This document shows positions 30,044 to 38,920 of a stretch of DNA of 64,000 nucleotides, piece by piece. The first letter of the stretch is position 1. Each line of letters opens with the position of its first letter. This DNA is from Patescibacteria group bacterium. Its GTDB lineage: Bacteria; Patescibacteriota; Dojkabacteria; J137. The notes below the pieces were generated by a model. That model saw only the letters and a list, made by a program, of their open reading frames with translations. It was not told where the DNA came from and did no database searches. The DNA is taken from positions 452,885 through 516,884 of the forward strand of contig CAUJCN010000002.1 in NCBI GenBank assembly GCA_963169855.1, given 5' to 3'. A program made the position numbers and the translations under genes.

Positions 30044-30730
30044 TTGAATAAAAATCCTTTATCTAATAATATATCTAATATGAGAATTTGTCCTGCAATC
30101 CTAACTAATAATGAAGCTCACTTCAGCGAGCTACTGAGAAGTTTCCAGATTTTTGAGGAAATAGATATAGATCTGATTATCCCTGGAAATCTTACCCCAG
30201 AGAAAAAAACTGTTGGGATCGAATTTGTTATTAATGAAATTTCTCGATTCCAAAGTAAGCGATACAAGATTCATCTAATGTGTGATTTTCCATTCGAGGA
30301 AATCAGAAAAGTTATAGACAAAGTTGGATTCTTGGACTTAACCTTTATTATTCATCAAGAGAGTAGCTTTGACATGATGGATGTTGAAAAATGTAAAACG
30401 CCAATAGGCATTGCATTAGAATTCACCACGAAATTAAAGGACATTTACTATTATGAAAACTTTGCTTTAGTGCAAATTATGACAGTTGAGATAGGTGGAC
30501 AAGGAAATGCATTCGAACCGAAGGCAATGAATAAGGTAACAGAATTGAGGGATTTAGGGTATGATAGAGATATTGAAATCGATGGTGGAATTAATCTCGA
30601 CACAATAAGTTACATTGCGAAATTCCCAATAGATATACTTTCTGTTGGATCTTATTTCACAAAATCCTTGAATGTACTAGAAGACAAAAGACTTTTAGAA
30701 GACGAAATAGAATTAATTCTTAAGAAATAG
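30044..30730 (+). CDS. Divergent TIM-barrel protein resembling ribulose-phosphate 3-epimerase
   Basis: The N-terminus ICPAILTNNEAHFSELLRS (compare RPE IAPSILSADFA.LG.EV) and the C-terminus DGGINLDTI...ILSVGSYF (compare the RPE DGG...GA...V.GSAIF) resemble the epimerase. The similarity is weak. Confidence 0.35.
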   Translation: MNKNPLSNNISNMRICPAILTNNEAHFSELLRSFQIFEEIDIDLIIPGNLTPEKKTVGIEFVINEISRFQSKRYKIHLMCDFPFEEIRKVIDKVGFLDLTFIIHQESSFDMMDVEKCKTPIGIALEFTTKLKDIYYYENFALVQIMTVEIGGQGNAFEPKAMNKVTELRDLGYDRDIEIDGGINLDTISYIAKFPIDILSVGSYFTKSLNVLEDKRLLEDEIELILKK

Positions 30731-30732
30731 TT

Positions 30733-32007
30733 ATGCCAACAATTACAGAATTACCAAAGAAAAGTATTACAACAGAGATTCCGCAGAAAAAATCAAAGAT
30801 AGTTCAGAATGTGACTTTCTTTGGAGATTCAGCAATTCCAGAAGGTGATGCGATTTATAATTCAGTTTTTGATGCAGCGAAATTGCTTGCAACAAATGGA
30901 TATACAATTGTAGATGGAGGCGGCCCTGGAATTATGAAAGCAGCAACAGATGGAGCGGAATCAGTAAATGGCAATACTGTTGCGGTTTACTGGGAACCAA
31001 AATTAGCAGCTTTTTTTGAAGGGAAGAATCTAGCAAACCTTGCCGATAAATCGTTAGCAGAATCTAACTATGTGATGAGAACTTTTGGTTTAATAGAACA
31101 GGGAGATGTTTTCGTTGTGTGCAAAGGGGGAACAGGAACAATTTCCGAATTTGGATTAGTTTGGTGTTTAGGAAAACTATATTACGGATGCCACAAGCCT
31201 GTAATTTTATATGGAGATTTTTGGGACGAATTGATTGCCGCATTTCAGAAAACTATGTATATAGATGATGTCGAAATGGCTGTATTGCATAGAGCAAAAA
31301 CGCCAGAAGAATTAGCTGAGTTAATAGAGTCTTTCGAAACAGTATTCGCACACTGCGTTACTGTCGATAACAGAGCTTCAGACGAATTGGCATTCATTAT
31401 AAATGCAAGGAGAGACAAAACTGCAGAAAGTTACGACAAATTTGCATCAGAATATCATGCTTCAAGAATTGGAACACTGCCTTCTCAAACACAGTTGGAT
31501 GAATTCATTGAGCTAGTTCATTCCCCAGCTAGAGTCTTGGATATTGGTAGCGGAACCGGTCAAGACATTGCTTATCTTTCTCAAAAATATTCTACTGATG
31601 GATTAGAAATATCTAAGCGAATGGTTGAGATTTCTAAACTTGAAAGTCCTCACAGCAATATTGTTCAAGGTGATTTAGTAACTAAAGATATCGGTACAAA
31701 TAAATACAAAGGAATTTGGAGTAGAGATGCTATTCATCATATTCACGAAGAAGAATTAGACAATGTTTTCAAAAAGATTTCTAACGCACTTGTGGAAGGT
31801 GGAATCTTCTACTGCTTGGTTAGAGAAGGTGAAGGTGAAATCGTGGAGAATGAGGATAAAGGATATGGAAAAATGGAACGTTTCTATCATTTATTTTCAT
31901 CTGCAGAATTAATCGAGAGAGCAGAGAAGGCAGGGTTAGAATTAGTAAAGTTAGATAGAAACAAAAGAAGTCACATGTGGTTGATTGGAGTCTTCAGAAA
32001 AAAGTAA
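30733..32007 (+). CDS. Fusion protein. The N-terminal LOG-family (TIGR00730-like) Rossmann domain is joined to a C-terminal class I SAM-dependent methyltransferase.
   Basis: LOG motifs VDGGGPGIMKAATDGA and VCKGGTGTISEFGLVW. The methyltransferase motif I VLDIGSGTGQDIAYL and a post-I acidic region follow later. The gene lies 3 nt downstream of the epimerase-like gene. Confidence 0.55.
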   Translation: MPTITELPKKSITTEIPQKKSKIVQNVTFFGDSAIPEGDAIYNSVFDAAKLLATNGYTIVDGGGPGIMKAATDGAESVNGNTVAVYWEPKLAAFFEGKNLANLADKSLAESNYVMRTFGLIEQGDVFVVCKGGTGTISEFGLVWCLGKLYYGCHKPVILYGDFWDELIAAFQKTMYIDDVEMAVLHRAKTPEELAELIESFETVFAHCVTVDNRASDELAFIINARRDKTAESYDKFASEYHASRIGTLPSQTQLDEFIELVHSPARVLDIGSGTGQDIAYLSQKYSTDGLEISKRMVEISKLESPHSNIVQGDLVTKDIGTNKYKGIWSRDAIHHIHEEELDNVFKKISNALVEGGIFYCLVREGEGEIVENEDKGYGKMERFYHLFSSAELIERAEKAGLELVKLDRNKRSHMWLIGVFRKK

Positions 32008-32049
32008 TTTTCCTCAATTAATTTTAAGCATTAAAAAACCCGCCATTGG

Positions 32050-32076
32050 CGGGTTAAAGAATTAAAAAAAGTGAAA
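32050..32076 (-). terminator. Rho-independent terminator of the histone-like gene, a GC-rich hairpin (AACCCGCC-ATT-GGCGGGTT) followed by a T6 run on the minus strand
   Basis: A perfect 8-bp stem lies immediately 3' of the stop codon at 32077-32079. An A-run on the + strand corresponds to the T-run on the - strand. Confidence 0.6.
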
Positions 32077-32250
32077 TTACTTTCTCTTTTTTGCTGCTGA
32101 TTTTTTAGCAGGTTTCTTAGCAACTTTTTTAGCTGCTTTCTTTACAACTCTTTTAGCAACTGACTTCTTTGCAACTTTCTTTTTTGCAACAGTCTTTCTT
32201 GCTACTTTCTTTGTTGCTTTTTTAGCAACTTTTTTCTTGGCAACTGCCAT
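32077..32250 (-). CDS. Small lysine/alanine-rich histone-H1-like (Hc1/AlgP-like) basic protein, 57 aa
   Basis: Hand translation: MAVAKKKVAKKATKKVARKTVAKKKVAKKSVAKRVVKKAAKKVAKKPAKKSAAKKRK. It was missed by the ORF track (<60 aa). Its own terminator lies adjacent. Confidence 0.5.
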   Translation of the reverse strand: MAVAKKKVAKKATKKVARKTVAKKKVAKKSVAKRVVKKAAKKVAKKPAKKSAAKKRK

Positions 32251-32309
32251 AGGTAGGTAACTTAAAAAATAAAAATAGTTATCTTGGTTATATTCTGAGA
32301 TAATTTGAG

Positions 32310-33284
32310 ATGAATGTCAAGTATTTGATAAAATCGAAAACCTCATCTATGAAGAATACTGATAAAAAACAAGATATAATCAAAAAACTCCAAGACATTT
32401 TTGGAGACGGAAAGGCCGAGCAGATAATCAAAAGCATTACTTTCAACAAGCCAAAAACTTTTAGAATTAATCGTTTAAAATTCACTGCTAATGATGATTT
32501 AAACGAGATAAAATCTCACATTAAAAATGCAGATTTTTCTGATAGTTTTATTTCGAGCGAAGAAATTCAAATTTCAAAAACAAAATTAAATGGTGATAAG
32601 AAAATTTACATTCAAGAATTAGCAAGTATGATTCCTGTTGTTGTTTTAAATCCAAAAACTGAAGAGAATATTCTTGATATGTGTGCATCGCCTGGAAGTA
32701 AGACTTCAATGATTCAATCTCTTACAAACAATAAAGCCAATGTAACTGCTGTGGAAAAAAGTTTAGGAAGATTTTACAAACTGAAAGAAATTGTAACTGA
32801 TCAAGGTTGTGAAAATGTAAAGTTCATTCATTCAGATGCAAATTATTTAATTAAAAAATTTCCTGACTTTGCAAATTCATTTGATAAAGTAATGTTAGAT
32901 GCACCTTGTTCTAACGAAGGTGGAATAGTGTTGAGCGAGCCTTCAACATATAAATATTGGAGCTTAAAAGAAGGCAAGCAAATCAGCAAATTGCAGAAAG
33001 GACTCTTAAACAGTGCTGGAAAATTAGTGAAACCCAGAGGCGAAATTATCTATTCTACCTGTACTTTTAGTGTAGAAGAAAACGAGGAAGTTGTGGATTG
33101 GTTTTTACGTAGAAATCCGAATTTCCAACTCGAAGCAATAGATTTAAAGATAGAAAATGCACAGGAGGGAATTACTAAATATAAAGACAAATGCTTCGAT
33201 TCGACTGTCAGCAAGACTCTTCGAATAATTCCCAATGAAAGATTTAAAGGTTTTTTTGTAGCACGCCTAAAACGCTTACAGTAA
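32310..33284 (+). CDS. rRNA (cytosine-C5)-methyltransferase, NOL1/NOP2/Sun (RsmB/RsmF) family
   Basis: Motifs DMCASPGSKT (SAM binding), DAPCSNEGG (the motif IV catalytic Cys) and YSTCT (the motif VI Cys). Confidence 0.75.
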   Translation: MNVKYLIKSKTSSMKNTDKKQDIIKKLQDIFGDGKAEQIIKSITFNKPKTFRINRLKFTANDDLNEIKSHIKNADFSDSFISSEEIQISKTKLNGDKKIYIQELASMIPVVVLNPKTEENILDMCASPGSKTSMIQSLTNNKANVTAVEKSLGRFYKLKEIVTDQGCENVKFIHSDANYLIKKFPDFANSFDKVMLDAPCSNEGGIVLSEPSTYKYWSLKEGKQISKLQKGLLNSAGKLVKPRGEIIYSTCTFSVEENEEVVDWFLRRNPNFQLEAIDLKIENAQEGITKYKDKCFDSTVSKTLRIIPNERFKGFFVARLKRLQ

Positions 33285-33362
33285 TTAGTTTCTGAAAATC
33301 GGAAACAAAGCACCTCTAAGAACTGCTAAAATTATGTTAATATCTACAGTTTAAATTATTGT

Positions 33363-34280
33363 ATGTTAAAAAATTTAGTAATAGCTGTTGTAGTTATTGC
33401 GTTGGTAGCAGGAGCTTTTTCGATTATTAACGGGCAAAAAAAAGATTCTTTTTTCTTAATCCGAGAAGAAGGCGATATCTTTTTTAAAAATACTGAGACG
33501 GAGTCTTACCTAACACTTTCTCAAGACGAGATTTCTCTTCAAAATGGTAGTTATATTAAAACAGGAGAATTCTCTTCGGCACATGTTATTCTTCCAGATA
33601 ATACTGTAATTTCTTTAGACGAGAAGACTGAATTGCAAATCAATCTTGCAGATGAAGGAATCGAGATCTTCCAGTTTCTTGGAAAAACATGGAATAGGGT
33701 AGAAACACTTACAAACGGAAAAAAATTCGAAATTAAATCTGGCGACGCCGTTGCTGCAGTTAGAGGAACAATTTTTCACTTTGAAGTAAATGCCGATGGG
33801 ACAAAAGGAATAAAAGTTGTCGAGCACTCAGTTGCGTTAAGCAATACTGCACAGGAGATTCTTACTAATGAAGAGGAGAGTGGAGTTGTTAGTGTTGAGG
33901 GCAAAATTACCAAAGGGACTATTCCAGAATCATTCTTGAAATCAAGATGGTATATCAGAAATAAAGTTTTGGATCAAATTAAACGAACAGGATTAGATAA
34001 TATTTTTTTGAAAGACAAGATTAAAAAAGAATTTATTAGGGATGAGCTAGTTCAGACTAGATTCAATATCAAAGATACTAGTGTTCAATCTTCTTTATTA
34101 TCTATTGTTATTGATACAAGTGACTCGACTGTTTGTTCGAAAACTGCAGAAATCCCTCCTTATGTGAAATACTCTAAATTTGGTGAATTATATGAAGCTT
34201 TCCTAGGAAGTTGTGCTGATAACAGACTCGAAGAAGTTGAAATCAAGGAATTGGCAAGAATCTACGCCACAATAAAATGA
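33363..34280 (+). CDS. Membrane-anchored protein with a possible FecR-like domain
   Basis: N-terminal TM VIAVVVIALVAGAFSII. The beta-rich segment ...GDAVAAVRGTIFHFEVN resembles FecR-domain strands. The gene overlaps the downstream cyclase gene by 4 nt. Confidence 0.35.
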   Translation: MLKNLVIAVVVIALVAGAFSIINGQKKDSFFLIREEGDIFFKNTETESYLTLSQDEISLQNGSYIKTGEFSSAHVILPDNTVISLDEKTELQINLADEGIEIFQFLGKTWNRVETLTNGKKFEIKSGDAVAAVRGTIFHFEVNADGTKGIKVVEHSVALSNTAQEILTNEEESGVVSVEGKITKGTIPESFLKSRWYIRNKVLDQIKRTGLDNIFLKDKIKKEFIRDELVQTRFNIKDTSVQSSLLSIVIDTSDSTVCSKTAEIPPYVKYSKFGELYEAFLGSCADNRLEEVEIKELARIYATIK

Positions 34281-36175
34281 GAAGAATAGGGATCTACCTA
34301 CTCATCTGCATCTTTGTAATTCCAATCGTTCTATCAGAACCGATAAAAAATTTAAATTTTCTTTTTACTGATAGACTTCATAATTCTGAACCACGCTCAG
34401 AAATTGTTGTCGTTGGGATTGATGATAAGTCACTCCAAAATATAGGTGCTTGGCCATGGAGTAGAGGTGTATTTGCAGATTTTTTGGGTAATCTGATGGA
34501 AGTGAATCCATCTGTAGTTGGGTTCGATGTGATTTTTGGAGAGAGCAGAGAAGGTGATTTAGAACTTCAAAATATTATAGATGTGAATCCAAATAAAATT
34601 GTTTTTGGAAGCAAAGTCATTGATAACAACGAAGTCATAAAACCGGTTTTTAATGTCGCTTCCGGATACGTCAATTTTGTCCAAGACGAGGACGGCAAGA
34701 TTCGAAGAAATACTCCTTTTACTGTGATCGACTCGGTTTGTGAAACCAGTTTCTCATTCAAAATTTTTCTGAGGTATCTTTTTGTACAAAATTTTGTGTG
34801 CGACGAATTAAAATTGAGGAACAAATTTTATCCTTCCGTAAACAATCGTGTTTCTCCAGAATTTACAAAAGAGCAGTTTAAAACAATAAGTTTTGTTGAT
34901 GTTCTAAACAAAAATTTTAAATCTGAGGATTTTAAAAACAAGATAGTTTTGGTGGGTTCCACAGCCATCGATCTTCGTTCAAGTTTAAACGATAATTTTA
35001 CCGATATTTTTGGAAATGCAGTTCCAGGAGTTGCGATTCATGCCAATATTATTAATGGATTTTTAAACGATGATTTACTTAAAGAAGTGGACTACAGTTA
35101 TTCAATTTTGATTCCTCTTTTAATTTCGGTATTTCTATTTGCTATATTTACTAAGTCGGCAAACAAGACTTTGAATCTTTGGTTATTTATAGTTTTGTTC
35201 GTGATCTTGAATCTGATTCTATTGGTTGCAATTGAATTCAATTTCTTACCTGATTTCGTAACTCCTAATGTTTACTTAATCCTTGCATTCGCTTCTTCAG
35301 TTATTCTTAAGTTTTTTGTTCAAAAGAAAGAAAAAGAGTTTGTTGAATTGGCATTCGAACAGTATATGAACAAGAAATTATTGAATGAATTAAAGAAGTC
35401 CCCTCATAAACTGAATCTTGGAGGAGAGACTAAAGAGATCAGCGTTCTATTTAGTGATATTCGAGGATTTACATCTATTTCTGAAAAATTGGATGCTCAT
35501 GGGTTGATTACCTTCATAAACAGTTACTTGGAACACATGAGCAAAATAATTTTGGAGAACGAAGGAACTATCGATAAATATATTGGAGATGCAATTATGG
35601 CTATTTGGAATGCACCTATTGATGTTGTAAATCATGCAGAATTTTCTGTTTTAGCAGCTTTAGCAATGCAAGAAAGCACAGAACAATTTTCAAGTAAGTT
35701 TCCAAATCTACCTAGAATTAAAATTGGAATCGGAATAAATACTGGGAATGTAGTTGTTGGAAACCTGGGTGGGTCGATGCGGTTTGACTACACTGTTATT
35801 GGTGACGATGTTAATTTAGCTTCGAGAGTAGAAAGTCTTACTAAAAAGTATAATTGTACGATTCTGGTGACTGAGAATACTAAAAAGTTGGTTTTGAATG
35901 AAAATATTAAATTTAGGCAAGTAGACGAAGTAATCGTAAAGGGCAGAAGTACCCCGGTCAAAGTTTACGAACCTTACATTGAAGAACGCCCATATTTCAC
36001 TATTTATGAAAAAGCATTTGTATTCTACCAAAATGGAGATTTTCAAGAATCGATTAATGCTTTAAAATCCATCTTAGAAGATCCTGTATCTCAAACTCTT
36101 TTGGAGAGATGCGAAAACCTTATTTTAAATCCACCAAAAGATTGGAATGGATGTTGGGAATGGGACGAAAAATAA
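34277..36175 (+). CDS. CHASE2-sensor membrane-bound class III adenylate/guanylate cyclase
   Basis: An N-terminal TM and periplasmic CHASE2-like region is followed by 3 TM helices. The cyclase catalytic domain then has VLFSDIRGFTSISE...YIGDAIMAIW...GINTGNVVVGNLG...YTVIGDDVNLASRVES. Confidence 0.75.
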   Translation: MRRIGIYLLICIFVIPIVLSEPIKNLNFLFTDRLHNSEPRSEIVVVGIDDKSLQNIGAWPWSRGVFADFLGNLMEVNPSVVGFDVIFGESREGDLELQNIIDVNPNKIVFGSKVIDNNEVIKPVFNVASGYVNFVQDEDGKIRRNTPFTVIDSVCETSFSFKIFLRYLFVQNFVCDELKLRNKFYPSVNNRVSPEFTKEQFKTISFVDVLNKNFKSEDFKNKIVLVGSTAIDLRSSLNDNFTDIFGNAVPGVAIHANIINGFLNDDLLKEVDYSYSILIPLLISVFLFAIFTKSANKTLNLWLFIVLFVILNLILLVAIEFNFLPDFVTPNVYLILAFASSVILKFFVQKKEKEFVELAFEQYMNKKLLNELKKSPHKLNLGGETKEISVLFSDIRGFTSISEKLDAHGLITFINSYLEHMSKIILENEGTIDKYIGDAIMAIWNAPIDVVNHAEFSVLAALAMQESTEQFSSKFPNLPRIKIGIGINTGNVVVGNLGGSMRFDYTVIGDDVNLASRVESLTKKYNCTILVTENTKKLVLNENIKFRQVDEVIVKGRSTPVKVYEPYIEERPYFTIYEKAFVFYQNGDFQESINALKSILEDPVSQTLLERCENLILNPPKDWNGCWEWDEK

Positions 36176-36176
36176 T

Positions 36177-37607
36177 ATGGGAGAAAATAGAGGAGAGGAC
36201 AACTTTGAGGAAGAAATAGATTTAGATGCTACACAATTATCACCAATAATCGTAGAAGAATTTGTGAATGAATCGGAGGTTTTGAAAGAGTATGAATTTC
36301 GTAATTACTTATTCTCTGGGTTAAATATTCCGTTGGGAATGCAATGCATTCTAGAAAGTCTTTTTGTTCTTTACATAAACAGCAAACCCTATGGTAACTT
36401 ACTTATTTCAGAATTTAGCTCGTTTGTATTAGATAAGATTGCTGGATATTTTAACGATGCTAACGATCCCGAATTTCCTAAGCCACTTTCAGAATCCATG
36501 ATAAGCTTGACTCTGGAATCTGGAGTACACGATAGGCTGGACGAAATAATGACAAGACATCTTGCTAACATGTCTATCGCAGAAGTTTCTCAGATAATAA
36601 ACAATTTAAAAAGCAATTACATATTAATTAATGGAGGATATGATCCTTACGAAACAGCTAGGTTATCCGCAGAAGATACTCAAGAATTTCAAGCTGTTAA
36701 ACCTTTTACTTTTACAGTTTTAGATTTCGATAAAATTGCTACGGGAGGTGCTTTAAATTTTGGTTTCACCAAATTCTTATCGAGCTACATTAGTCGTTAC
36801 GATTTGGAAAGAGAGGATGATGCTGGATTTAAACGTGTAGACTTCGCAGAATTCGAAGCATTAATAATCCAAGATTTCGTAGATGCCAGAACTACAATCG
36901 AAGAAAGGTTCGAAAAGCTCAAAGATGGAGCCGACCAAAGCGAAACAGCTCAAAACTTACTTCGGTACAGGATCGTTACCGACCTGATTCCAAAGATTTA
37001 CTTTCCAGCAAATCAAGAGTCACCGGATGCAGCTTATGCATTCATATTTGAATTGTTAACAATGTATCCACAGATGCTAGAAGAGGAATTCCGAAAACTT
37101 GAACAACTTCTTCAGCAACAGGTTATAGTTCACACACCAAAAGAAATGTTAGATTCTACATTGCGACAAATGGATGGTTTCGCTAACTTTAGATATACAA
37201 TGGAAAGTACCTATGATAGGAATTATTCTATGAGTCAAACATTTCTCACAATTTTAAATTGGATAGATACATCCTCTCAGCCAAATCTTGGATACTACTT
37301 CATGTATGTTTATGTTTGCTATAAAGCTTTACTAAATGTTGACATAGAGGAGGGGATTGTGACCGAAAGTATTTGGGATTTCGAAGCTACAGCTTTAGTT
37401 GATTTGTATGAGAAAGCCATAGAAGAAGATCCTAAGAACTGGGTTAAAATTGCTTACGAAAGTTTCAGAGACGAAGCATTTGTATATTTGAATGGAGCAA
37501 GAGAATTTGGGCATATTGATAACGACATGTTTGTAAGAATCTCTGATGGACTTAAACATTTTCAAACAATGTTTATGGAAAGAATGAAAGTTCTGATGGA
37601 GACTTAA
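36177..37607 (+). CDS. Hypothetical cytoplasmic protein (about 476 aa) immediately downstream of the cyclase
   Basis: The ORF-track start at 36147 overlaps the cyclase gene by 29 nt. The ATG at 36177, 1 nt after the cyclase stop, is the more likely start. No recognisable motif. Confidence 0.45.
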   Translation: MGENRGEDNFEEEIDLDATQLSPIIVEEFVNESEVLKEYEFRNYLFSGLNIPLGMQCILESLFVLYINSKPYGNLLISEFSSFVLDKIAGYFNDANDPEFPKPLSESMISLTLESGVHDRLDEIMTRHLANMSIAEVSQIINNLKSNYILINGGYDPYETARLSAEDTQEFQAVKPFTFTVLDFDKIATGGALNFGFTKFLSSYISRYDLEREDDAGFKRVDFAEFEALIIQDFVDARTTIEERFEKLKDGADQSETAQNLLRYRIVTDLIPKIYFPANQESPDAAYAFIFELLTMYPQMLEEEFRKLEQLLQQQVIVHTPKEMLDSTLRQMDGFANFRYTMESTYDRNYSMSQTFLTILNWIDTSSQPNLGYYFMYVYVCYKALLNVDIEEGIVTESIWDFEATALVDLYEKAIEEDPKNWVKIAYESFRDEAFVYLNGAREFGHIDNDMFVRISDGLKHFQTMFMERMKVLMET

Positions 37608-37651
37608 ATTCTCAGCGAAATGTAACTTCATCTATTGTATAATTTCTAAAT

Positions 37652-38920
37652 ATGAGTTTACCCAATTCACCTATAAAAGGAACTGCTGACTGGTTTCCAG
37701 AAGAGTTCAAAATTAGAAAGTATATATTCGATAACTGGAGAAAAGTCTGTGCGTCTTTTGGATACGAAGAATACATGACTCCACTTGTGGAAGATGTAGC
37801 TATCTACAAAGCTAAGTCTGGAGACGAAGTTGGGGGAGTGGAACTGTGGACAATTGAACGAGAAAATGAAGCTTATGCGATTAGACCAGAAATGACACCA
37901 AGTGTAACTAGAATGGTTACAAGATTTTATGAATCGAAGCCAAAGCCTATCAGATTATTCTCGGTTGCAAACTTCATGCGATTTCAGAAACCTCAACGAG
38001 GTAGAAACAGAGAATTCTGGCAATTGAATTTTGATATTTTTGGATCAGAAAAAATCGAAGCTGATATCGAAATTCTTCAAATGGCGTTAGAAATTATGAA
38101 GAGTTTTAATCCTCCAGCAGGATCGTTCACAATGTTTGTAAATGATAGAGTCTTAATTGACTACATTCTATCTGTGGAGTGCGGAGTTGCTGATGAGAAA
38201 AGAAAAGAAGTGGTGAGATTGATGGATAAATCAGAAAAGATGAAAAGAGAGGATTTTGGAACAGCTTTAGAAGAAGTTGGAGTTTCATCTGCTGGGGTTC
38301 AAGCACTGGTTGATTTTTTAAATATTAAAGAAGCCGATAAACTAGTCGAGAGATTTCCTGCGGTTGCAGATAATCTTGGGTTTACAAGAATCATGAAGAT
38401 TCTTGAAAGTCTTAACATTAGAGGATATGGTAATTGGGTTAAATTTCAGCCAAACATTATCCGTGGATTTGATTATTACGATGGAATGGTTTTCGAAGTC
38501 TTTGATAATCATCCTGAAAACAATCGATCGCTTTTTGGAGGAGGACGTTACAATGGACTAGCAGGGATTTTTGGAAAAAATTCCTTCCCTGCTGTTGGAT
38601 GTGCTCCTGGCGACGAAACTTTGAGACTATTCTTAGAGAGTTGGGATTTGTTAGGACAAATGAAAAAAGAAGAATCATATTTCTTACCAAGATTAGCGGG
38701 AGTTTCGGATGAATCTTTTGAAAAACTAGCTTCTAAGTTGAGAGGTGAAGGAAAAATTCTAGTTACAGGATTAGAAGAATCAGGGTTAATGAAAGCTTTC
38801 GATTTTGGAGAGAAGAGAGGAATGAGTTACGTAATAATCTTTGGTGAAGAAGAAAATTCAAAAAGAATTTATAAAGTTAGAGACCTTAAGACAAGAGAAG
38901 AAAAGGAGTTTAGTTTGTGA
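37652..38920 (+). CDS. hisS: Histidine--tRNA ligase (class II aaRS)
   Basis: The N-terminal KGTADWFPEE, motif 2 FRPEMTPS...RFQKPQRGRNREFWQLNFDIFG and motif 3 GGGRYNGL are HisRS-specific signatures. Confidence 0.8.
   Translation: MSLPNSPIKGTADWFPEEFKIRKYIFDNWRKVCASFGYEEYMTPLVEDVAIYKAKSGDEVGGVELWTIERENEAYAIRPEMTPSVTRMVTRFYESKPKPIRLFSVANFMRFQKPQRGRNREFWQLNFDIFGSEKIEADIEILQMALEIMKSFNPPAGSFTMFVNDRVLIDYILSVECGVADEKRKEVVRLMDKSEKMKREDFGTALEEVGVSSAGVQALVDFLNIKEADKLVERFPAVADNLGFTRIMKILESLNIRGYGNWVKFQPNIIRGFDYYDGMVFEVFDNHPENNRSLFGGGRYNGLAGIFGKNSFPAVGCAPGDETLRLFLESWDLLGQMKKEESYFLPRLAGVSDESFEKLASKLRGEGKILVTGLEESGLMKAFDFGEKRGMSYVIIFGEEENSKRIYKVRDLKTREEKEFSL

Noticed and set aside
32090-32250. An apparent 12-15-bp tandem repeat (ttttgcaac-like periodicity) that could be mistaken for a noncoding repeat or CRISPR-like array
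   Set aside because: The periodicity is the codon-level repetition of KKxAKK in the Lys/Ala-rich histone-like coding sequence. There are no spacers or conserved repeat boundaries.
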